This document shows, one piece after another, positions 36,740-46,197 of a DNA stretch of 64,000 bases; positions within the stretch are counted from its first letter, which is position 1; every line of letters begins with the position of its first letter. The notes under the pieces are model-generated. The model did no database searches. It saw only the letters and a program-made list of their open reading frames with translations, and was not told where the DNA came from. The DNA is from a virus. The stretch spans positions 58,694 to 122,693 of the IMG/VR virus record IMGVR_UViG_3300035698_012504; one strand, written 5' to 3'. Both the position numbers and the translations under genes were made by a program.

Positions 36740-38725
36740 ATGGATGTTCAAGAAAGACACTCTGCCATGACGGCAGAAATCATTTTACACAATGAACGAT
36801 ATTATGTACAAGCAGAGCCAAAGATTACAGATCAAGAATATGATAAAAGACTACATGCTCTGATTAAATTTGAGAAAGAACATCCAGAATTGGACACCTC
36901 CTGCTCCCCAACCAAAAGAGTTGGTGGAGAGGTAATTGATAAATTTACTTCTGTCAATCATGACGTCCCAATGCTATCCATTGGAAACACATACAACCAA
37001 GAAGAAGTGGAAGGATTTGTAGACAGAGTAAACGACAAAGGGTGTAAGATAGGTGAAGGAGAAGACCTATCCGCTGAATTGAAAATAGATGGTGTAGCAA
37101 TTTCAGTAACTTATAAAAATGGGAAGCTTGTGAGAGCAGTCACAAGAGGAGATGGTGAATCAGGAGATGATGTAACTCATACAGTTCGAACCATTCATGA
37201 TATACCCTTGACATTAACATGCGATGTAGATGTAGAGGTACGTGGCGAAATATACATGGAATTTGTAGAGTTTGATAGAATAAATAAAATCAAAGAAGAC
37301 GCAGGCGAGAAGCTTCTCATGAATCCAAGAAATGCTGCAGCAGGAATACTCAAAAGAAAGAATTCTACTGAAGCAGGTAAAGTAAACCTTAGAAACTTTA
37401 TGTTCAGAATGATTGGAGGTAATTCCCCATACCAATCTGTTGATCTGAATAATATGCGAACATTAGGATTTCGAACAAATCAACATTCGGTTACCGTTGA
37501 TTCTAAAGAAGCAATGATGGCCTATATTGCACGTTGGGATACTGCTAGATATGAACTCTCTTATCCAATAGATGGAGTGGTAGTTAAAGTAGATAGTGCT
37601 ATCAGTAGAGATACATTTGAAGAAACATCACATCATCCGAAGTGGCTCATTGCATACAAATTTCCTGCCGAGAGAAGAGGTACGAAGTTGCTGAGTATTG
37701 GTTTACAAGTTGGCAAATCTGGGATAATCACACCAGTAGCTCATCTCCAACCAATTCTTTTAGCTGGTACAATGGTTAAGAAAGCAACTCTTCATAACTT
37801 TGAGATATTAGCAGAGAAAGACATTAGAGAAGGAGATATGGTCTTAGTCGAGAAGGCTGGGGAAATAATTCCACAAGTAGTAGGACCAGTTCCAGGGCAA
37901 ACAGGAAGAGTTCCAAAAGTTTCAAAGATTCCAAAGAAGTGTCCAGTATGTAGAGGTAATGTAAAGAAAGTTAATGCTTATTACATATGTTCCAATCCTT
38001 CTTGTCCTGCACAGCTCAAAGGCACGATAGAATATTTTGTCAAAAGAGATGTGATGGATATAGATAATATTGGAGATATGCTTATTGCTCAATTGATTGA
38101 TACTGGATTGGTAAAAACAGTTGCAGATCTATATACCCTTACAAAAGCACAATTACTGAAGCTTGAGAGAATTGGTGAAAAATCTGCTGATAATATATTA
38201 GCTGCAATAGAGAAGTCAAAAGAACAATCATTCAATAGAGTGTTATGTGGGATGCAGATACATAACGTTGGTAGAACGTTATCGAAGATTCTTGCTAATA
38301 AGTTCCTAACTATTGATGATCTTATAAAAATGAGTAAAAATGAGTTGATGGTAGTAGATGGAATTGGAGAATTAGTCGCAGATGGAATTATAGACTTTTT
38401 CGATCAACCAAAAAATATTGAACTTGTAACGAGATTGAAAGGAGCTGGATTAAATATGGCTACAGTTAAAAACGTAGATGGTGGAGTATTAGGCGGTCCA
38501 CTAAAAGGAAAGAAATTATTAGGTACGGGAAAATTTAAAGAATTTACAAGAGTTGAGTTTGTAGACGCTGTTAGAAATAATGGTGGAAAAATTGTATCAA
38601 CAATATCAAAAAGAGTTGACTATTTGGTAGTAGGGGAAAAACCCAGCCCGGGGAAGGTGGCTAAAGCGAAGCAGCTTAAAATCCCCATGTTGTCGGAGGC
38701 GGTGTTTCTTGAGATGGTTAAGTAA
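36740..38725 (+). CDS. ligA: NAD-dependent DNA ligase
   Basis: Adenylation motif AELKIDGVAISVTYKNGKLVRAVTRGDG; OB and zinc-finger region (CPVCRG...C..PSCP); helix-hairpin-helix region; BRCT-like C-terminus. Confidence 0.85.
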   Translation: MDVQERHSAMTAEIILHNERYYVQAEPKITDQEYDKRLHALIKFEKEHPELDTSCSPTKRVGGEVIDKFTSVNHDVPMLSIGNTYNQEEVEGFVDRVNDKGCKIGEGEDLSAELKIDGVAISVTYKNGKLVRAVTRGDGESGDDVTHTVRTIHDIPLTLTCDVDVEVRGEIYMEFVEFDRINKIKEDAGEKLLMNPRNAAAGILKRKNSTEAGKVNLRNFMFRMIGGNSPYQSVDLNNMRTLGFRTNQHSVTVDSKEAMMAYIARWDTARYELSYPIDGVVVKVDSAISRDTFEETSHHPKWLIAYKFPAERRGTKLLSIGLQVGKSGIITPVAHLQPILLAGTMVKKATLHNFEILAEKDIREGDMVLVEKAGEIIPQVVGPVPGQTGRVPKVSKIPKKCPVCRGNVKKVNAYYICSNPSCPAQLKGTIEYFVKRDVMDIDNIGDMLIAQLIDTGLVKTVADLYTLTKAQLLKLERIGEKSADNILAAIEKSKEQSFNRVLCGMQIHNVGRTLSKILANKFLTIDDLIKMSKNELMVVDGIGELVADGIIDFFDQPKNIELVTRLKGAGLNMATVKNVDGGVLGGPLKGKKLLGTGKFKEFTRVEFVDAVRNNGGKIVSTISKRVDYLVVGEKPSPGKVAKAKQLKIPMLSEAVFLEMVK

Positions 38726-38770
38726 CTCGAACTGTTAATCATTCTCTAGGTTAATCTATCGTTAATTTAT

Positions 38771-38790
38771 TTGAGGACAAACTTTAAACT
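38771..38790 (+). promoter_or_regulatory. promoter-like motif TTGAGGACAAACTTTAAACT
   Basis: Third copy of the conserved motif. Confidence 0.4.
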
Positions 38791-38807
38791 TTTAGTAAAA
38801 GAACAAA

Positions 38808-38880
38808 AAAAGAGATGTGTTACGATCACATCTCCTTTTGTATCAGTTAGCTGAAACTGTTAATAATTTCTTGCGCTATG
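38808..38880 (+). repeat. 73-bp hairpin-plus-promoter-like repeat, copy 2 (copy 1 at 10995-11065)
   Basis: About 85% identity to 10995-11065, with compensatory changes in the hairpin stem (GAGATGTG/CACATCTC versus GAAATGTG/CACATTTC). Contains TTGTAT-N17-TAATAA and ends in ATG. Confidence 0.6.
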
Positions 38881-39021
38881 ATGGGTGCCGCGACGACAAC
38901 CAGAGCAAGTAATGATTTAACTATTATGATTTTAGTTTCTGTATTCATAATAAATCCTCCTATATTTATGTACTCATATATGAATATATATAGTAATAGG
39001 TAGAGATATTATAAATAAATT

Positions 39022-39804
39022 ATGGAGAATTGTATGAATAAAAAAAAGTTGGATAAGTTAGTTAAAGAGAGTATCAATTTAACCGAATTAATTGAAAAGA
39101 TGGGATTATCTGTTACCTCCCCTGGAAATAGGTCAGGACTAATTAAAAAAATGAAAAAACTTGATATTAATTTTTCCCATTTTTCTGAGAAGAATCATAG
39201 ATCTAAAAGACAACCGCATTATAAATATAAAAATGAAGAAGTCTTTTGCGAAAATTCTCCGATTAAAAAAACAACAAAAATAAAAGAAATGTTATATTCT
39301 AGAGGGATTCGAACAAAAGTTTGTGAAGAATGTAATCTCTCTAAATGGAGGGGGCATAGTATAGGATTAGAATTACATCATATAAATATGGATAGGATCG
39401 ACAATAGATTGGAGAATTTGCAAATCCTCTGTTCAAATTGTCACACTTTAACCCATACGATTATAAGAGAGAAACAATTAAAATTAAAATTAAAAATCAA
39501 TACAAAAATAATTTTAGAGAAATCTCAAGTAGTATGTAAGGACTGTGGAAAGGTCATATCTCAAAAGAGTATAAGATGTATATCCTGTTCTAATAAGAAA
39601 AAAGGAATAAGCCTAAGAAAGGTTGTAAGACCTTCAAAAAAACAATTATTAAAAGAAATTAATATGATTAGTATTGTAAAGATAGGTGAGAAGTATGGGG
39701 TATCTGACAATGCTGTCAGAAAATGGGCCAAGAGTTATGAGTTGTCTTTGAGTGGGTGCGCCAGAGATGGAGGGCTGGACAGGGCTGTAAACCCTGTGTC
39801 CTAA
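39022..39804 (+). CDS. HNH homing endonuclease; predicted 3' end runs into tRNA-Tyr
   Basis: LELHHINMDRIDNRLENLQILCSNCHTLTH HNH box plus a C-terminal HTH-like segment. Last ~50 nt overlap the tRNA at 39752. Confidence 0.65.
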   Translation: MENCMNKKKLDKLVKESINLTELIEKMGLSVTSPGNRSGLIKKMKKLDINFSHFSEKNHRSKRQPHYKYKNEEVFCENSPIKKTTKIKEMLYSRGIRTKVCEECNLSKWRGHSIGLELHHINMDRIDNRLENLQILCSNCHTLTHTIIREKQLKLKLKINTKIILEKSQVVCKDCGKVISQKSIRCISCSNKKKGISLRKVVRPSKKQLLKEINMISIVKIGEKYGVSDNAVRKWAKSYELSLSGCARDGGLDRAVNPVS

Positions 39805-39840
39805 CGGACCTAGTAGATTCGAATTCTACCACCCACACCA
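39752..39840 (+). tRNA. tRNA-Tyr (anticodon GTA)
   Basis: Acceptor GTGGGTG/CACCCAC; D-arm CCAG...CTGG; anticodon stem CAGGG/CCCTG with loop CTGTAAA; 16-nt variable arm; T-arm GTAGA-TTCGAAT-TCTAC; ACCA end. Confidence 0.75.
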
Positions 39841-39860
39841 CTTTTTTGAAAGGAGTTGTT

Positions 39861-40124
39861 GTGAAGAACACTCTAGATGATGGATGTCTTGTGGCTGGTG
39901 GAGGCTGCGGGGGAATGATTTTCTTGGTTATATGCGGATGTTGTATTACCGGTGTAATTAGTGCGATTTTCATGCCCTACAGTGTTAACTTCTTATTAGA
40001 ACAGGCAGACAAGCCGCCTGCGTTCACTCACTTACATGGTTTCGTCTGTGGACTATTTCCCCCAGTAGCAGCGTATTCGATTATAGCCGCGATTATTGTA
40101 TCTATTGCTACTTTATTTGTATAG
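39861..40124 (+). CDS. small membrane protein (GTG start; local GC-rich patch)
   Basis: AAAGGAG RBS then GTG; Cys-rich N-terminus and two TM helices. Track ORF 39756-40124 trimmed because it overlaps the tRNA. Confidence 0.4.
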   Translation: MKNTLDDGCLVAGGGCGGMIFLVICGCCITGVISAIFMPYSVNFLLEQADKPPAFTHLHGFVCGLFPPVAAYSIIAAIIVSIATLFV

Positions 40125-40161
40125 TCGAAACGAAGCCGAAACCGAAAAGAAAAGAGGTCCC

Positions 40162-40440
40162 ATGAAAAAGACATTAGTCCTGATGATCGCGATTGCAATA
40201 GTTACCACATTTTCAATGATTAGCATCAGTGGTTGTACCGATGGTCAAATGGGTAAATACAGAGCATTGGGTAACCAACACAAAATCGAAGTCTTCTCCG
40301 GTGGAGTGATGGTCAAGGAATACACGTCAACAGGACGACCTCAGAGTGAGGCCAACAGTGACGGATACTACTTCACAGACGTAAAGACCAAGAGACTGAT
40401 GGAAGTCAGTGGAACAGTGATAATCGAGATGCTGCCCTAA
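40162..40440 (+). CDS. small lipoprotein
   Basis: MKKTLVLMIAIAIVTTFSMISISGC: signal peptide plus lipobox. Confidence 0.5.
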   Translation: MKKTLVLMIAIAIVTTFSMISISGCTDGQMGKYRALGNQHKIEVFSGGVMVKEYTSTGRPQSEANSDGYYFTDVKTKRLMEVSGTVIIEMLP

Positions 40441-40539
40441 TATCGAAAAAGCTTAATGGGGGCCAAAATTTTACCCCACACGGAAGAGCCGATTAGGCGT
40501 TTTCGAAGTCAAGTTTACATTCTGAGTCATTCAATGCAT

Positions 40540-40573
40540 ACTATAGGGTAGGGTATAGTCTCTACCCTATAGT
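40540..40573. promoter_or_regulatory. perfect 12-bp inverted repeat ACTATAGGGTAG / CTACCCTATAGT
   Basis: Intergenic palindrome with a 10-nt spacer, 20 nt upstream of the 40596 gene. Confidence 0.4.
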
Positions 40574-40595
40574 ATATATAAAGGGACATATAGCG

Positions 40596-40871
40596 ATGAG
40601 AGATAGAGTTTCACTTACACCAACAATAATAGAAGAGGCAACTGAAGAAACAATTGATTCATATAAGGGTAGACTAATTCAAAAAGGATCTCTTTCGTTT
40701 GCTAGTCGCCATGAAATTCTTGGATTACTATTAGAAGAAGTAGATGAACTAAGAGAAGCTATTAGAAATGATAGTGATCTTGAAGGGTTCATCAATGAGT
40801 TAAAAGATATAGCAGTTGTTTGCTTACATGGTGTTGCCACATTACGTCAAGGAGAACATGATGATTGTTAA
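40596..40871 (+). CDS. hypothetical protein
   Basis: ORF. Confidence 0.4.
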   Translation: MRDRVSLTPTIIEEATEETIDSYKGRLIQKGSLSFASRHEILGLLLEEVDELREAIRNDSDLEGFINELKDIAVVCLHGVATLRQGEHDDC

Positions 40872-41205
40872 GTTCGATGTCGGGGACTGGGTCCTAGTAG
40901 TTAGACCAAAAAATATTTCTTCGCAATCCCTTTCATTCGTAGGTATGATAGAAGGTCCAGTACCTATTACATCATTTCAATCCAATTTGGATGGGAAAGG
41001 AGTTACGTATTCTCTACTGATTCCTGGCGAAACAGCACAAGAAAATGAATTGTTCACTAATATGGAAGAAGCACTTGTTGCATTTAAGGCTATAGTTGGA
41101 GATGTATTACCAAATCTTAAAGATGAAAAAGATTCTCCTAAGGATAAAGTTGCCAAGGTAATAGCAGAGTCTGCTAGTAAACGAAAAAACACTATACATC
41201 ATTAG
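40858..41205 (+). CDS. hypothetical protein
   Basis: Track ORF trimmed to the ATG after an AAGGAG RBS. Confidence 0.4.
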   Translation: MMIVKFDVGDWVLVVRPKNISSQSLSFVGMIEGPVPITSFQSNLDGKGVTYSLLIPGETAQENELFTNMEEALVAFKAIVGDVLPNLKDEKDSPKDKVAKVIAESASKRKNTIHH

Positions 41206-41212
41206 GGGTTGA

Positions 41213-41291
41213 GCTGGAGTAGCTTAGTTGGTTTAAAGCGCATGATTGTGGATCATGAGATCGTACGGTTCAAATCCGACCTCCAGTACCA
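41213..41291 (+). tRNA. tRNA-His (anticodon GTG)
   Basis: Acceptor GCTGGAG/CTCCAGT (G1-U72); D-arm GCTT-AGTTGGTTTA-AAGC; anticodon stem CATGA/TCATG with loop TTGTGGA; T-arm carries one bulged A; ACCA end. No G-1:C73 pair visible. Confidence 0.6.
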
Positions 41292-41406
41292 TTTTAAAAC
41301 ACTACTGATTCAATATAGTACACACCCTGTCGGATAGGGTTGATATATAAGCACTTACAGTTGGCATGCTATTTGCTTAATACATATAGGAAAAACAAAA
41401 TAGGAG

Positions 41407-41796
41407 ATGTTTATGATTACATTAGCGAAACCAGGGTATTCACCAGGTAGAATGCTTGAAGAATTGTTCAAAGACCTAGGTGAAATTGGAAACGTGGGAC
41501 CTAAAGACAAACATAGTTATTTCATTGCCAACAATGAAGGAGAAGTAGAAGTACTAGTAGAATTACCAGGATGTTTGAAGGAAAATGTCAATGTAAATAG
41601 TGAAAATAATGTTCTAAGTATTGAAGCTACTAGAAATATTGTAGGTTCTGACGAAAAGATATCCAAGCAATTCCAAATCGGAGATGAGTTAGATGTTACT
41701 AGTATTACTTGCTCTCTTAGGTTTGGCATTCTAACTGTTAAGATACCAAAGAAAGAAGAGGTTCTACCGAAGCAGATCGAAGTTAAGGTAGATTAA
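41407..41796 (+). CDS. Hsp20 / alpha-crystallin small heat-shock protein
   Basis: EVLVELPGCLKENVNVNSENNVLSIEA...GILTVKIPKK alpha-crystallin pattern. Confidence 0.55.
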   Translation: MFMITLAKPGYSPGRMLEELFKDLGEIGNVGPKDKHSYFIANNEGEVEVLVELPGCLKENVNVNSENNVLSIEATRNIVGSDEKISKQFQIGDELDVTSITCSLRFGILTVKIPKKEEVLPKQIEVKVD

Positions 41797-41812
41797 AATT
41801 TAGTCAACATTG

Positions 41813-41850
41813 AACCGGCCTAGGATCCTTCTGGGCCGGTTTTATTTTTT
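41813..41850 (+). terminator. rho-independent terminator
   Basis: AACCGGCC...GGCCGGTT stem followed by TTATTTTTT. Confidence 0.65.
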
Positions 41851-41872
41851 ACTTAAATTAGGAGATATTAAT

Positions 41873-42118
41873 ATGGAAGATAGAGCACAAGGTTTAATCG
41901 ATGAATTAAATAAGAGATTGAGTATTCTTCCTGATAGTTTAAAGAAAAAATGGAATACAGTATACAATGGATCAAATTCTCATACAGAATATTTAGAGAA
42001 GGTATCATTAGCAAAAGAAGAATGGTTGAATTCTTATGACGGGATTAATTGGAAGAGAAAGAGAAAAAAGCTAATGGAGTTTAGAAATAAACTCATTAGA
42101 GGGAGGGATAATATATGA
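41873..42118 (+). CDS. hypothetical protein
   Basis: Track ORF trimmed to the ATG after the terminator. Confidence 0.35.
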   Translation: MEDRAQGLIDELNKRLSILPDSLKKKWNTVYNGSNSHTEYLEKVSLAKEEWLNSYDGINWKRKRKKLMEFRNKLIRGRDNI

Positions 42119-42432
42119 AAGTTGAACCTGTCTCTCCAATCTATCCTATTAATAATTTTGGTTGGAAATATAAATTAAAGAAGAGATGGAATAAAAGCCG
42201 TAGAAAAGTTGTTAAAAAAAGAAGCACAACAAAGAAATTAGATGTTAGAATTTGAAAAGGATTAAAATATGTTTATACCTAAAGAAATAAAAGAGTCATT
42301 AGAAGCATCAACTAATACTATGACCCAGTTACCTAATATATTATCTAGTTTGGATAAAACATTAAAGAAAACAAATAAGATATTATTATTAATAGCAGAG
42401 AGATTAGATGTAAACGAAGAGGAACCCAGTTA

Positions 42433-42747
42433 ATGAAAAGGGAGTTTTCTATCGAAGAGATCTTACCATTAATAGATAAACAAGTTGTTCCTATTATAAA
42501 TGCAGAAGAATGGAGTGTGGTAAGTAAAGAATGGAAAAGAGCTAGAACATATTCATCTGTATACGAATTGGTTTTTGCATCTGATGGCAAGTTTTGGATG
42601 ATTGAATATGACCATCCGAATACAGCGTTGTCTGATGATGCTAAGAAAGATTATCCTTTTCCATATGTGAAAGATGGAATTATACACGCGTGTCAAGTAA
42701 ACAGGGAGATAATAACCGTTGAATTTTGGTCTAAGAAGTTTACGTGA
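42433..42747 (+). CDS. hypothetical protein
   Basis: ORF. Confidence 0.4.
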   Translation: MKREFSIEEILPLIDKQVVPIINAEEWSVVSKEWKRARTYSSVYELVFASDGKFWMIEYDHPNTALSDDAKKDYPFPYVKDGIIHACQVNREIITVEFWSKKFT

Positions 42748-43036
42748 TTGGATTGATAGAGAAATTGATGGTGCAATTATACCAATATTATTCATAGCAT
42801 TTGTAGGATTATGTTTTGGTATCACCTCAGCTGTGGTGATGGGGTTTGTTATTAATTATACTGTAATTCCAGGATTTTTTATAATAGGTGCTCTCTTAGT
42901 TTTACAGACTGCTAAAGATAATAGAGGGGGTGGATCAGATATAGAAGAGATATTTATAGTATTGTTATTAATTTTCTTAACTTCAAGTACAATTGGATAT
43001 GTTTCACCATGTATAATTAAGATACTAGGCTCGTAA
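42719..43036 (+). CDS. membrane protein
   Basis: ORF with TM helices. Confidence 0.4.
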   Translation: MNFGLRSLRDWIDREIDGAIIPILFIAFVGLCFGITSAVVMGFVINYTVIPGFFIIGALLVLQTAKDNRGGGSDIEEIFIVLLLIFLTSSTIGYVSPCIIKILGS

Positions 43037-43055
43037 AGAGCCTTTTATTTTTTTG
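43027..43055 (+). terminator. rho-independent terminator
   Basis: AGGCTC-gtaaa-GAGCCT followed by TTTTATTTTTTT. Confidence 0.6.
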
Positions 43056-43064
43056 CTTAAAAAA

Positions 43065-43083
43065 ATGAGGACAAACTATAAAA
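43065..43083 (+). promoter_or_regulatory. promoter-like motif ATGAGGACAAACTATAAAA
   Basis: Fourth copy of the conserved motif, just after the terminator and 65 nt before the ATG at 43148. Confidence 0.45.
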
Positions 43084-43147
43084 TCTTGGAGTGTTCAGAT
43101 TCCAAGATTGTTTAACATGTGACATCAAATATCGAGGAGAAGAAAAA

Positions 43148-43948
43148 ATGAATAAACATATTAAAGCAGTTGTTCTTGAACACTGGTTCGAAATAGACAA
43201 AGTATTGTTTGGAGATGTACCCGTCAAAGAAGCATTTATTGAAGAAGATTATAAAAATTATATATCCACGAAAGGAGCACTATTAAGTAACTTATTTGAA
43301 TTGTATCAGAAGATTCAATATGATCCAGAAGTTCCTGAGTTTAAAACTGTTGCAGATCTAGTAGAGTCTGCTGATTTAAATGTATATTACGCCAAATCTT
43401 TTACTTCTGAACTATTTAAAGATGATAAAATTATTAAAGGGCTTAAAGAAGAAGCTGAAGAGTTGTCAAAGACCCTTGAGATACATGAAAATGAATTACT
43501 ACCTTCAGTAATAGGAGGAAGGTTTCATGCTGCAATTTTAGATCATCTTCTATTAGTAGAACCTCTAGAAGAAAGTTGTAAATCTTGTCTTGAATCTTGG
43601 GACGCAAAAGTTCTTGTTGATACTCATAAGAAAGTTAGAGACGATTTGATTGAGGCGGCAACAAAAATTACAGAAGAGGTCCAAGAAAAAGTTAAGGATA
43701 GTAAAGCTAAGAGAATAACAAAAGGTGTAGCTGCCACTGGAGCCGCAGTAGGTGGGTATGTGGTTGGAAAGAAAGCTGGAAGAGCTATATCAAGAAAAAA
43801 AATAGGTAAAAAAATTAGAAGAAGTGGTAAAATAGGTGCCATTGTAGGAGCAGTTGCCGCAGGTGCTGCAGCAGCTAAAGCCCTAAAATTAAAAAGAGAA
43901 AAAGGGACCATAAGAAAAGCAGCAAATGTTGCAAAAGAGAAACTATAA
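43148..43948 (+). CDS. hypothetical protein, paralog A (Gly/Ala/Lys-rich tail)
   Basis: Shares WFEIDKVLF...YISTKGALLSNLFELYQKIQYDP and SCKSCLESWDAKVLVDTHKKVRD with the next gene. Confidence 0.45.
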   Translation: MNKHIKAVVLEHWFEIDKVLFGDVPVKEAFIEEDYKNYISTKGALLSNLFELYQKIQYDPEVPEFKTVADLVESADLNVYYAKSFTSELFKDDKIIKGLKEEAEELSKTLEIHENELLPSVIGGRFHAAILDHLLLVEPLEESCKSCLESWDAKVLVDTHKKVRDDLIEAATKITEEVQEKVKDSKAKRITKGVAATGAAVGGYVVGKKAGRAISRKKIGKKIRRSGKIGAIVGAVAAGAAAAKALKLKREKGTIRKAANVAKEKL

Positions 43949-44022
43949 ATCGTATTAGGAGAAGAAAAAACGAATAGACATAAATAAACGCAAAATCTGC
44001 AAAGAAATAATAGGAGATACTA

Positions 44023-44553
44023 ATGAATAAACGAGAAACCAAAGCGGCTATACTGCAACCTTGGTTTGCTATTGATAATATTTTATTTAATGAAAAGTCT
44101 GCTAGAGACTCTCTAAATGACGAAAATTATAAACAATATATCTCTACTAAAGGTTGTCTTTTAAGTAATCTTTTTGAGTTTTATAATAAAATTAAATATG
44201 AACCAAGTGTGACTAATGCTCAAACAGGACAAGATCTTTTTGAGTCAGCGAGCGCATTAGCAGACGAAGCTAAGAAAAAATCTAAAGAACTTTTAGTAAA
44301 AGAAAATGTAGCAAAAATTATAAGAGAAGAGATTAAAGAATACGGAGAAGCCGAAGGCGTCTCTGAAGAAATGGTCGCCAAGTATGTTGTCAATAGAAGA
44401 TATAAATCAGTTGCTATTGATAGTATGATTATTGAATCTGCTATTAAAGAAAGTTGTAGTACTTGTTTAGAAGGTTGGACAGCAAAAGTTCTAATGGATG
44501 CCCATAAAAATTTAAGAGAATCGTTAGTTGATATCTCCGAAAGGGTAAGATAA
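44023..44553 (+). CDS. hypothetical protein, paralog B
   Basis: WFAIDNILF...YISTKGCLLSNLFEFYNKIKYEP and SCSTCLEGWTAKVLMDAHKNLRE; tandem paralog of 43148. Confidence 0.45.
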   Translation: MNKRETKAAILQPWFAIDNILFNEKSARDSLNDENYKQYISTKGCLLSNLFEFYNKIKYEPSVTNAQTGQDLFESASALADEAKKKSKELLVKENVAKIIREEIKEYGEAEGVSEEMVAKYVVNRRYKSVAIDSMIIESAIKESCSTCLEGWTAKVLMDAHKNLRESLVDISERVR

Positions 44554-44557
44554 TAAA

Positions 44558-44815
44558 ATGTTTCAACAAGATCCGAGATATATAGACACCCAAACAATCA
44601 TATCTATTGATAGGCTATCAGAAATATTAAGCAACAAAGAAAAAGAAAATAATACTGTTGCTGTAATAGAAGAAGTTAAACCTAAAGAAGAGTTCACAAT
44701 TAAACGAAATGATAATCTTGTGATTGAAAACCACAAGCCAGACGAAAAAGAAGAACTGAGAGAATATATATTTGGTGGTAGAGGATACGATATAATTTGG
44801 CTCGGTGACCATTAA
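44558..44815 (+). CDS. hypothetical protein
   Basis: ORF. Confidence 0.35.
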   Translation: MFQQDPRYIDTQTIISIDRLSEILSNKEKENNTVAVIEEVKPKEEFTIKRNDNLVIENHKPDEKEELREYIFGGRGYDIIWLGDH

Positions 44816-44828
44816 AAGGAGAAAATAA

Positions 44829-45974
44829 ATGGAAGCAATATTTGTTGTGCCAACTATGGTCAGTCCGCAGGTAGAGCCTAGGCTAGTACCTGCACTGTCT
44901 AAGTTAGTTGAGAGGAATATAATTTTAACCAACGCATCTAATATAAGAATAGCAGCGTTGAAAAAATATACTGGGTCGCCGTGGAAAACATCCTACACTG
45001 AAGACTCAGAACTTTTTTGGGATAATCCCTTAACAGAAGGTAGGAAAGGTATCAGTGGATCTGCTGCCGCCGCGGCCGATAAGGCAATTGGAAACGGTGC
45101 AAGATCTGCTGGTGAATTCTTATTCAAGAAAGCAGACGATACATTATACTCTGGAGGCTCTAGAGAAGATAGAGATATGGAAACTAAAACATCTATGGTT
45201 GACTCATATGAGATGCCAAGAGGACTAACATTCTATAATGTTATTAATTTAGAACCAACATATCTTCAGATAAAAGCATCAGTTAAAGGTAATATCATGG
45301 GACTAGGTGGACCATCTGATAGATTGATAAGAATCGGGGTGAAATGTGTCCCGTATACTGTTGATGGTGTTACGGATATCCTTAAGCTTATGGCTGATTT
45401 AAGGTCTGGACGAATGAGAAAAATTGAAAGTGGATGGAAAGGTAAGTGGAGTAGCATAAAGAAGAGAGTATCAAGAAGTGCTGCAAGACGGTTCCAACCC
45501 ACTGGAAAAAGTGTTACTGATATTATACAGGCACCATCTGTATCAGATATTTCTGACCCAGGAATACTATCTAAGATGATGGACAACAGAGGACCAGCTT
45601 ACTGGTCACCCCTAACTATTTTTTCTTATTTTGATTTTAAGAAAAACGATCTTAAAGATTCTTTAAGAAACTATAGGACATTAGTTAAAGCAGGTTGGGG
45701 AGACATGGTTGTTCTTCATGAGCCAAATGAGAGCGTATACTTTTGTACTCAGAGAATGATGTCTTGTTTTGAGATGCCTATCGCATATCTAAGACTCCAT
45801 ATGAAACTCGATCCTATTCTTGATTACTCAGAGATAGTAAGAGGTGGAGCATCAGCGAGACCATTTAGAACAGTACCTCTAAGAAAATCTATGATGGAAA
45901 ATGTAGACGAAGTTTCCGATGATATATCTACACAAGACACCGTTAGTATGATTAATAAAGAATTAAGAGGATAA
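44829..45974 (+). CDS. hypothetical protein
   Basis: ORF with RBS. Confidence 0.45.
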   Translation: MEAIFVVPTMVSPQVEPRLVPALSKLVERNIILTNASNIRIAALKKYTGSPWKTSYTEDSELFWDNPLTEGRKGISGSAAAAADKAIGNGARSAGEFLFKKADDTLYSGGSREDRDMETKTSMVDSYEMPRGLTFYNVINLEPTYLQIKASVKGNIMGLGGPSDRLIRIGVKCVPYTVDGVTDILKLMADLRSGRMRKIESGWKGKWSSIKKRVSRSAARRFQPTGKSVTDIIQAPSVSDISDPGILSKMMDNRGPAYWSPLTIFSYFDFKKNDLKDSLRNYRTLVKAGWGDMVVLHEPNESVYFCTQRMMSCFEMPIAYLRLHMKLDPILDYSEIVRGGASARPFRTVPLRKSMMENVDEVSDDISTQDTVSMINKELRG

Positions 45975-45978
45975 TAAT

Positions 45979-46197
45979 ATGTATGTATCTGAAAAGTTTA
46001 TAACAATATTAGAAATAGCAGCTAAGAAAACAGCTGCAAGTTGGTTATTGAATCAAGGAAAGAAAGAGGCTAAAAAAATGAGCAAGGGTAAACCATTCAC
46101 CCCGGCTAAAGGGATTAGTCAGGCGAGAGGTGATTTAAGAGCTATGAGAAAATCAAAATGGATACAAAGAATAATTAGTCAGCAAAAAAAGGGATAA
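45979..46197 (+). CDS. small basic protein (MYVSEKFI family)
   Basis: ORF whose 5' end is repeated at 46202 and 56731. Confidence 0.4.
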   Translation: MYVSEKFITILEIAAKKTAASWLLNQGKKEAKKMSKGKPFTPAKGISQARGDLRAMRKSKWIQRIISQQKKG

